From the NCBI GenBank assembly GCA_965214405.1, contig OZ243956.1, forward strand, positions 2,784,001-2,848,000: a DNA stretch of 64,000 nt, in the 5' to 3' direction. The position numbers were made by a program, and so were the translations under genes. This DNA is from Trueperaceae bacterium. Its GTDB lineage: Bacteria; Deinococcota; Deinococci; Deinococcales; Trueperaceae. Shown here piece by piece: positions 57,258 to 64,000 of the stretch. Under the pieces are notes generated by a model that saw only the letters and a list, made by a program, of their open reading frames with translations, searched no databases and was not told where the DNA came from. Position 1 is the first letter of the stretch. Every line of letters begins with the position of its first letter.

Positions 57258-58796
57258 CTATGAGCGAAAAACGCGCACGACCACGAAGCCCGCCGCGAAA
57301 ACAGCCAGCGCGAGGACGAGCACGTCGCCGTAGCGCACGTAAGGGGTGACGGTGTCGTTCAAGCCGTAGTCAACGCGCAAGGTAGCCGCTTCGGCGCGCG
57401 GTAGCCTCTCCAGCGTCCGGCCAAAGGGATCGACGAGCGCGGTGACACCGTTGTTGCCGTCACGCAACAAGTAGCGCCGCGTCTCGATGGCGCGCATCCG
57501 GCCCATGTCGAAGTGCTGCTCCGCGCCGCGCCCGCGCCCGAACCAGGCGTCGTTCGAGATGTTGATGAGCACGCCCGCGCCGTCACGGACCATCTGGCGC
57601 GCGACCTGCGGAAAAACCGACTCGTAGCAGATGTAGGTGGCGGCGGGGCCTAAGGGGGTCTCGAGGGGCTTAATCACGCTCCCCGGTGTTCTGCTGTCTA
57701 ACAAGCCGAGGCCGAACCAGCCGAAAATTACGCGGTAAAGGGGCTCGAGCGGCCCGATAAGCGGGAACGCCTCACCAAAAGGCACCAAATAGACCTTGTC
57801 AAAACGGTCAACCACCAAACTGTTGGCGAGGCTGTAGACGCTGTTGTAGGCGCGGCCACCCTCCGTCGCCACGCCCCCCGTCACGACCGGCGCGCCGCCC
57901 GCGCTCTCTTGAATGGTGCGGCGCACATCCTCTAGGTCTGAAAGCTCTAAATTTGGGTAGTCGAGTACCACCCCCTCCGGCCAGACCACCAAGTCAACCG
58001 GCTCGGCTCCGGCTAGAGCCTGGCGGGTGAGGTCTAAGTACACATCCGTATCCCTCACCTGCCCAACCGCGCGGCCCAGCGGGTCGGTGTTGCCCTGAAC
58101 GAGGAGCGCCGTCTGCGTCGCGGGCACCTCCGTTTCCCGGAGGATGCTCAGCCCGTCGAGCCAGCCCAGCCCCAAGAGCAGCGCAGCAATGAGCGGCGGG
58201 AGCCAGAGCATCACGCCCCTAGCGACAAAAGGCGCGGCGAGGAGCGAGGTGACGGCGGCGGTCAAGAAACTCAGCCCGTAGACCCCCGCGATGTCGGCGA
58301 GTTGCGCCACGGGCGTGCCTAGCCACATGTAACCGAGCGTGCCCCAGGGAAAAGCGAACACCCCTTGCGTGCGCGCCCACTCCATCAAAATCCATAAGGC
58401 GGGCAGGAGCCACAGCGTCCCCGCGCCGCGCCGTCCCAAGAGGCGGCTTAAACCCGTGACAACGCCCCAGAATATACCTAGCACGAGCACCACCGGTGGA
58501 TAGATAATCCACGCCACGGGACCGAAGAGCGTGGGGGAGGAGAGGCTTTGCGGCAGCCAAAAGATGTAAAGCGCGAAAAACGCGAGGCTGAAGAAAAACC
58601 CCAGCCCAAACGCATCTTTGACGCGTGCGCTGCGCGCGACCAGGACGAAGAGAGGCACCAAAGCCAAGCCGAGGGGCCAGAAGCCTACGGCGGGGAGCGC
58701 GGCGCTCAGGAGTGCGCCGCAGAGGGCGGCGAGAAGCGCCCTGGGCCAGAACCCATAGGTGGGTTTGGTTGAAGAATAGGAACGAACGACGGACAC
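57258..58796 (-). CDS. lnt: Apolipoprotein N-acyltransferase
   Basis: FPWGTLGY, VQGN, VWPE, KVYLVPFGE, ICYESVF and ISNDAWFG. Confidence 0.95.
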   Translation of the reverse strand: MSVVRSYSSTKPTYGFWPRALLAALCGALLSAALPAVGFWPLGLALVPLFVLVARSARVKDAFGLGFFFSLAFFALYIFWLPQSLSSPTLFGPVAWIIYPPVVLVLGIFWGVVTGLSRLLGRRGAGTLWLLPALWILMEWARTQGVFAFPWGTLGYMWLGTPVAQLADIAGVYGLSFLTAAVTSLLAAPFVARGVMLWLPPLIAALLLGLGWLDGLSILRETEVPATQTALLVQGNTDPLGRAVGQVRDTDVYLDLTRQALAGAEPVDLVVWPEGVVLDYPNLELSDLEDVRRTIQESAGGAPVVTGGVATEGGRAYNSVYSLANSLVVDRFDKVYLVPFGEAFPLIGPLEPLYRVIFGWFGLGLLDSRTPGSVIKPLETPLGPAATYICYESVFPQVARQMVRDGAGVLINISNDAWFGRGRGAEQHFDMGRMRAIETRRYLLRDGNNGVTALVDPFGRTLERLPRAEAATLRVDYGLNDTVTPYVRYGDVLVLALAVFAAGFVVVRVFRS

Positions 58797-58907
58797 GGTT
58801 TAACGCTATCACGCGTGGTGTGAGGAGGCTGGAGGATTGGCAACAGCGCGCGGGTTGGCTCCCTAACCGCCCGCTCACCTTGTGAGCAGGAGTACATGAA
58901 GATTTGT

Positions 58908-58962
58908 TGGGGAGCGGGGCGGCGGAGGTAGAGAGACCTTCTCCCCATCGCCCCGCTCCCCA
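58908..58962. repeat. Intergenic hairpin (14-bp stem) enclosing GAGGTAGAGAGACCTTC; related motif at 40638-40654
   Basis: TGGGGAGCGGGGCG and CGCCCCGCTCCCCA arms. Confidence 0.65.
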
Positions 58963-58969
58963 TCTTCCT

Positions 58970-60118
58970 TTACTCGGTGAGGAGCGCCGTGAGGAGCGCC
59001 AGACGCCCCAACGTCTCCCTCACCCGGATGTGCTCGTGCCGCGCGTGCGGACCCTCGCCCGCCGAGCCGAGACCGTCTAGGGTAGGAATGCCCAAGGCCG
59101 ACGTGAAGTTGCCGTCCGAGCCGCCGCCGACGACTGCGCCCTCGAGCTTCAGCCCCATCGCCCCGCCTAGCTCCTGCGCCCTCGCAAAAAGCGCCCGGTT
59201 GGCCTCGTTGGGCTCTAAGGGCGGGCGGTTGAGCCCGCCCGTGACGGTCACTTTCACGCGCGCGTCTTTGGGCGCGTAGCCAAAGACCGCGCGCGCCACC
59301 CGCTCGCCCTCGTCTTCTTTAAGCACGCGCATGTCGACGCTCGCGCTCGCTTCCTCGGGAATTACATTCGTCACCGAACCGCCGCGCGCCACGGTGAGGT
59401 TGACGCTGGTGCCTTTGTTGGGGTCTTCAAGGCTTTCAACAAAGAGCAAAAAGTGCGCGAGTTCGCGTAGCGCCGACGCGCCCCGCTCGGGATCGTTGCC
59501 TGCGTGGGCGCTCCGGCCCTCGAAATGGGCGGTAAAGCCGCCCGTCCCCTTGCGGCCCACCTTTAGCGCGCCGTCGTTGAGGCCCGGCTCCAACACAAAT
59601 ACCCGGTCATGCTCACGCGCCAAACGTTCGATGAGGTCGCGTGAGTAGAGCGAACCTGTCTCTTCGTCCGAAGTCAAAAGCAAAGTGACGGGGCCTGCGA
59701 GCGCTAACCCCAGCGCCTCTGCCAGCATGGGCGCGTGGAGCGCGGTGGCGACGCCCGCTTTCATATCGAGCGCGCCGGGGCCGTAGACCTCGCTGCCATC
59801 TCTGCGGTAGGGCATTTTCTCCAAAGTGCCCACCGGCCAAACCGTGTCGTAGTGCGTCAGAAGCAGCGTGGACGTACCGGAAGCGTTCTGGTTTTTACGC
59901 GCGACCAACTGATCGCCGACGATGCCTTGCGTATGGCGCTCGGTCGTCCAGCCTCTCGTTGTGAGGAGGGTTTCAAGATGGTCGGCCAGCTTGTCAACCG
60001 CCCGTTTGTCGTGGGTGGGAGACTCAATCGCCACCAAGCCTTGCAGCGTTTCTAGATAAGCCTCTTCATGGGCGTAGGCGGCGGCGCGGAGAGTCTCGAG
60101 AGGGGTAGAGTCAGACAT
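58970..60118 (-). CDS. M20 family metallopeptidase (carboxypeptidase G2-like)
   Basis: HYDTVW, GPGALDMKAG, SDEETGS, AHAG and GGGSDGN. Confidence 0.93.
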   Translation of the reverse strand: MSDSTPLETLRAAAYAHEEAYLETLQGLVAIESPTHDKRAVDKLADHLETLLTTRGWTTERHTQGIVGDQLVARKNQNASGTSTLLLTHYDTVWPVGTLEKMPYRRDGSEVYGPGALDMKAGVATALHAPMLAEALGLALAGPVTLLLTSDEETGSLYSRDLIERLAREHDRVFVLEPGLNDGALKVGRKGTGGFTAHFEGRSAHAGNDPERGASALRELAHFLLFVESLEDPNKGTSVNLTVARGGSVTNVIPEEASASVDMRVLKEDEGERVARAVFGYAPKDARVKVTVTGGLNRPPLEPNEANRALFARAQELGGAMGLKLEGAVVGGGSDGNFTSALGIPTLDGLGSAGEGPHARHEHIRVRETLGRLALLTALLTE

Positions 60119-60141
60119 AGCGCCATCGTAACAGGGACTTG

Positions 60142-60206
60142 GGGTTTGGTCGGGGCTAGGGTTTGGTGAGGCTAAGGTTTGGTGAGGCTAGGGTCTGGTG
60201 AGGCTT
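60142..60206. repeat. Four tandem copies of a 16-17 bp unit GGGTTTGGTGAGGCTA
   Basis: Units start at 60142, 60159, 60175 and 60191. Confidence 0.88.
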
Positions 60207-60574
60207 CGTTTCTTCTTGCCGCCCCGCGTATGTTGCCCGACGGTTTGCACTTCTCTCGAGCCGCGCGTTTTCAGATGCTCCGTCCAGAGCGTTTCGGCGA
60301 GCTTACGGACGGCGGGCTCCCCCGTGCTGCGGGCGTAGGAGTAACCGAGCCGCAGGTCGCTGTCGGCTGAGGCGGGGTCTAAGCTCGCCGCCAACTCGTA
60401 GCGCGAGAGGTGAACGTAAGCGAGGAGCACGTCGCGCATCCTTTGCGGCTTGACCGCGTGAAGGTCGCGCAGCGCGTCTTCAAAAGAGCGCAATGCGCCC
60501 CGCACGTCGCCCCCTTCGGCTAACGCTTTGCCCCTTTTGAAATGGTCCGCTGCGTCGTAAAGTAGCTCGCGCAA
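60188..60574 (-). CDS. Hypothetical helical (TPR-like) protein
   Basis: 128-aa ORF; RBS GGGAG upstream of TTG; HFKRGKALAEGGDVRGALRSFEDAL. Confidence 0.7.
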   Translation of the reverse strand: MRELLYDAADHFKRGKALAEGGDVRGALRSFEDALRDLHAVKPQRMRDVLLAYVHLSRYELAASLDPASADSDLRLGYSYARSTGEPAVRKLAETLWTEHLKTRGSREVQTVGQHTRGGKKKRSLTRP

Positions 60575-60728
60575 AATGGCTCCCTAAAGCCTGCCTCCCC
60601 GTCTCACTCTTCCCCATCTTCCCACTTCTTCCCACCTCGGTAAACCGACCACGAGGGGAATGGAGCGAGTATAACGCGCCATTTTTCAAAACGTCGTGTG
60701 GGGCCGCGCATCTGTTTCTTGATGTTAA

Positions 60729-62171
60729 CTATTTTTTCCCCGTTTGCTGGGCCTCGAGCCGCGTCCGCACCGCCTCATGCGCCTCACGGGAGATGGGAAA
60801 GCGCAGCGTAAGAAGGAGCGCGACGAGAAAAACGAGCGCGGCGACGGGTCCCGTCATGCCTCTAAGCCCCGCCACCGTCCGCGCGCTCTGCTCGGCCACG
60901 CCCGCCTGATAGCCAAAAAGAGAGGCCACGAGCGCGTTGGCAAATACGCCCAACGACCCCGCGAGCTTTTGACCGAAAGTAAAGAGCGCGTATAAGAGGC
61001 CCGCGCGCGCGTTCCCGGCTTTCTCGCCCCCCGTCTCTTTACTCGCCTCTTCGCTGAACTCGAGCACGTCCGGGAGCATCGCCCAGGGAAACAGCATCAC
61101 CGCTGAGAGGCCTATGCCCGCGAGCGCGGTGAGCGCCAGAAGCGCTGAAAACGTCTGCGGCTCAACCCACACGATGAGACCCAGCCCCACACTCAGCCCC
61201 GCGAGGCCGAGACCCAGTCCCGCGCGTTTGCCAAACCTTGCGGCCAAAAACGTCCAGAACGGAAACGCGAGGATGGCGACGCCGAAGAGCGTGCCCAGCA
61301 CCAGGGGCTGCGCCTGCGGGGAGAGCCGCAGAACGGATTCGAGGTAGAAGGGCAACACGGAATTCACAATCATGAGCCCCACCGTGACGGTCATGAAGAG
61401 CGCGAACAGGGGCGCAAAACCGTGGACGCGCCACGCGGCGCGAAGGTCCGTCATCACTGTCAGCATCCGCATGGAACGTCTTTTTGTGGCTTCTTGCGCG
61501 GCTTGTGCAGACGCTCGAGCCAACTCCCGCCCAGGCTCTCTCACCGACGCGGCCATTGTTAAATAAGAGGCCGCCGCCGCGAGACCGAAAAGCGCGCCCA
61601 TCACGCGCCAGCCCGTCGGCCCCGACGCGGCGAGCGTGGGCGCGTCGCCGGATGAGGTGCCGAATGACGCGATGATAACGGGCGGCAGCGCCACCGCTAA
61701 GAGCGACGCGAGCACGCCGAAGCCGACCCGGTAGGCGCTTAAGGTGGTGCGCGCGTCGTAGTCCGGCTCGAGTTCGGGCGTGAGCGCCAGATAGGGCACC
61801 TGCACCACCGTGTAGAAAAGCGAAAAAAGCCCAAACGCCCCCAGCGCGAGCGCGAAACTTCCGGGTCCGCCCGGAAGGAACCACAAGAGCGCGAAAGACG
61901 CGCCTAAGGGCGCAGCGCCCAGCCGGATGTAGGGCAGCCGTCCCCAACGGTTCTGAGTCCGGTCGCTCACCAGCCCCATTACGGGGTCGAGCAGCGCGTC
62001 GAAAGCGCGTCCGGCGACGAAAACCAGACCTGCGCGCAGCGGCCCCAGCCCGACGACGTTGACTAAAAAGTAAAGGAGCCAGGTGTTGACCGCCACAAAC
62101 GTCAGCGACGCGCCAAAGTCGGCCACGCCGTAGCCGACGCGTTCCCGAAAAGAGAGGGCGGGGCGGGTCAC
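60729..62171 (-). CDS. MFS transporter, GPH/MelB family
   Basis: GYGVADFG, DALLDPVMGLVSDRT..RWGRLPY and VPYLALTPEL. Confidence 0.92.
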   Translation of the reverse strand: MTRPALSFRERVGYGVADFGASLTFVAVNTWLLYFLVNVVGLGPLRAGLVFVAGRAFDALLDPVMGLVSDRTQNRWGRLPYIRLGAAPLGASFALLWFLPGGPGSFALALGAFGLFSLFYTVVQVPYLALTPELEPDYDARTTLSAYRVGFGVLASLLAVALPPVIIASFGTSSGDAPTLAASGPTGWRVMGALFGLAAAASYLTMAASVREPGRELARASAQAAQEATKRRSMRMLTVMTDLRAAWRVHGFAPLFALFMTVTVGLMIVNSVLPFYLESVLRLSPQAQPLVLGTLFGVAILAFPFWTFLAARFGKRAGLGLGLAGLSVGLGLIVWVEPQTFSALLALTALAGIGLSAVMLFPWAMLPDVLEFSEEASKETGGEKAGNARAGLLYALFTFGQKLAGSLGVFANALVASLFGYQAGVAEQSARTVAGLRGMTGPVAALVFLVALLLTLRFPISREAHEAVRTRLEAQQTGKK

Positions 62172-62176
62172 AAGGG

Positions 62177-62890
62177 CTACACCCGCCCCCGCGTCATCTC
62201 GTAAAGCGCCAGGCCCACCGCCACCGCAAGGTTGAGCGATTCAATACGCGGGTCCTGCGGGATACGGACGCTTCGACCCAAGGTTCTGTAGGATTCGGGC
62301 AGACCGGGACCCTCGGGGCCGAAAACGAGGGTGCAAGGCCTGGGAAAAGAAACTTTATGAAGAGGCGCGTCGGCCCCCAGCATAAAAGGGAAGAGGGGAC
62401 GCGTGAACGTCTCCTCATAAGTCGCCACATCAAAAGACGCCGTGTTGAGCGCGAACAGCGCGCCCATCGAGGCGCGCACCACGTGCGGGTTGAAGGGGTC
62501 CACGGCGGGCGGGACGAGCACAAGATCGCGCACGCCGAAGCCCAACATGGTGCGCATAATGGTCCCCGCGTTGCCCATGTCCGAGGGGTTGACGAGCATG
62601 AGGTGGGTTGCATCCGGGTTCAACGCGGTTTCGTACTTTTCAAACGCCGCGAACACGTAAACGTTGCCCTTGTGCGAAAGCCTCTCCACGAGCGTGTCAT
62701 TCACCTCAAAAGGCGCGTGGTGAAGACCACATAGCGTCTCAATCCGGTCAATCCCCGAGCTCACCGCGCCCTTGGAATGCGCCACCACCCGCAGCGCTCG
62801 CTCGGGGCGGTGGGTGAGGAGCTCGAGCACCGGAAACGTCCCAAAGGCGTAGGAATGCTCAAACTCCCTCTTGTAGCGTTTGAGGTGCAT
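62177..62890 (-). CDS. TrmH/SpoU family RNA methyltransferase
   Basis: DMGNAGTIMRT, VRASMG, FGPEGPGL and IESLNLAVAVG. Confidence 0.92.
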   Translation of the reverse strand: MHLKRYKREFEHSYAFGTFPVLELLTHRPERALRVVAHSKGAVSSGIDRIETLCGLHHAPFEVNDTLVERLSHKGNVYVFAAFEKYETALNPDATHLMLVNPSDMGNAGTIMRTMLGFGVRDLVLVPPAVDPFNPHVVRASMGALFALNTASFDVATYEETFTRPLFPFMLGADAPLHKVSFPRPCTLVFGPEGPGLPESYRTLGRSVRIPQDPRIESLNLAVAVGLALYEMTRGRV

Positions 62891-63892
62891 CTACGGTGAC
62901 GCCTCCTCAAAAGCCTCAAAGGGTGCGATAAGTCCCGCCGCCGCCGCCGCCCGCGCCTCCTCGGGCACCCAGTCCAGCGCCAGCGCGCCCCGATACGCGC
63001 GCAGCGCCCCCGCCCGCTCGCCCGCCAAGTCGCGCAGTTGCCCTAAGCGCGAGAGCAGGTAACCGGGCAGATAGTAGGGCTTACTGAAGTCGCCGTGAGA
63101 AGTCTCCTCCAACACGCCCAGCGCCTCCGCGACGTGACCGTTGGCGAGGAGCAGATTGGCCTCGTGGTAGCGCGCTTCGGAAGAGGAAAGCGTGCGGAGC
63201 CTGGCGATGACGTTGCCCGGTTCGGGCGGGTCGCCGCGAAAGGCGAAGTCGAGGAGGCTCCGCTCTCGAGCCTCCTCCGTGGGCGCAACGTCGGGCGGGA
63301 GCGTGAGTTCTGCGCGTCCCTCGAACGCCTTCTCCAAAAAGGGGATGTGGTCGGCGCTGGCTAGAACGGCCACGCGTTCATGCGGGAGTTCTAACACTCG
63401 CGCCGCCACCACGTCCATCCTTTCGCGCAGCCAGTCGGTGCCGGGACCGTCGCCAAGGCGCGCCTCGCGCAGGGTTTGGTAATCGCTCAGGAGCGGCAGC
63501 ACCTCGTTTTGGATGCGCGTCAAAGTGAGAGACTCTTCTAACAGAAACGGGAGAGGCCGCAGCGCGGCGTCCACCTCGCTGAGCAGGTTGCGCGCGTCGG
63601 TGTACTGCGCCGCGTAGCGCCGGAAATCCCGTTCGGCGTAGGGGTCGGGGGAGGGCTCGAGCACAGGATAAAGAGGTAAGCCTCTCTTTTTGGCCCACGG
63701 CACCACCGCGAGCGGCAAGGCAATCTCCTGCGTGTCCTGCCAGGCGGGCGTGTCTAGGGCGGTGGACCCTAACGGCGTGAGCGCGAGCGCGTCCGGCTCA
63801 AAGGCCGCCACAGTGTCGCGGACGCTCACCGCGTTGTAGAGGGGAAAGCGCAAATGAAGGGGTCCCATAAGCGGGACGAGCGAAAGCTGCAT
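62891..63892 (-). CDS. Conserved hypothetical protein with TPR-like C-terminus
   Basis: 333-aa ORF; leaderless TATACT-N7-ATG; abuts the trmH-like gene. Confidence 0.75.
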   Translation of the reverse strand: MQLSLVPLMGPLHLRFPLYNAVSVRDTVAAFEPDALALTPLGSTALDTPAWQDTQEIALPLAVVPWAKKRGLPLYPVLEPSPDPYAERDFRRYAAQYTDARNLLSEVDAALRPLPFLLEESLTLTRIQNEVLPLLSDYQTLREARLGDGPGTDWLRERMDVVAARVLELPHERVAVLASADHIPFLEKAFEGRAELTLPPDVAPTEEARERSLLDFAFRGDPPEPGNVIARLRTLSSSEARYHEANLLLANGHVAEALGVLEETSHGDFSKPYYLPGYLLSRLGQLRDLAGERAGALRAYRGALALDWVPEEARAAAAAGLIAPFEAFEEASP

Positions 63893-64000
63893 GGTTACAA
63901 GTATATGGTTACAACTATGACGCGGCTGGCCCTGCTGGAACAGGTTTCACCAAGATGACGCCGACCGGACGCGGGCGTTCATCAAACTGCATCTTGGACG

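Noticed and set aside
60142..60206. Possible CRISPR or telomere-like repeat
   Set aside because: Units are contiguous with no spacers and there are no cas genes; treated as a VNTR
63905..64000. Possible start of a plus-strand gene at the window edge
   Set aside because: The first ATG frame stops after a few codons, and there is too little sequence to judge the others

Overview
Chromosomal window from a high-GC Deinococcota bacterium. Truepera-like affinity is inferred from the gene content, an SLH/beta-barrel envelope protein and widespread leaderless TANNNT-N5-7-ATG starts. Housekeeping genes include pruA and proline dehydrogenase, rsmA, carD, uvrB, osmC, ispF, sufCBD with a Rieske ferredoxin, lnt and a TrmH-family methylase. 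Accessory material is interleaved: a low-GC LacI/sugar-ABC/sulfatase/oxidoreductase island flanked by an intact ISKra4-like IS with a frameshifted transposase; an IS4-like element between a truncated PIN gene and a HEPN-motif remnant; an lva/ACAD10-11-like kinase/ACAD/SDR operon; and four type II toxin-antitoxin modules. Two toxins are clearly broken within their first ~10 codons and a third probably is, while every antitoxin is intact. The most notable signals are strong HIP-like over-representation of CTCGAG in native DNA with depletion in the main acquired blocks, an SLH/coiled-coil/collagen/small beta-barrel tether protein, a suf operon interrupted by six passenger genes, and candidate RDRM, IscR-like, LacI, YefM-type and CRP-like operators. 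No rRNA, tRNA or CRISPR array was seen. All counts and motif calls were made by eye, with no database searches.
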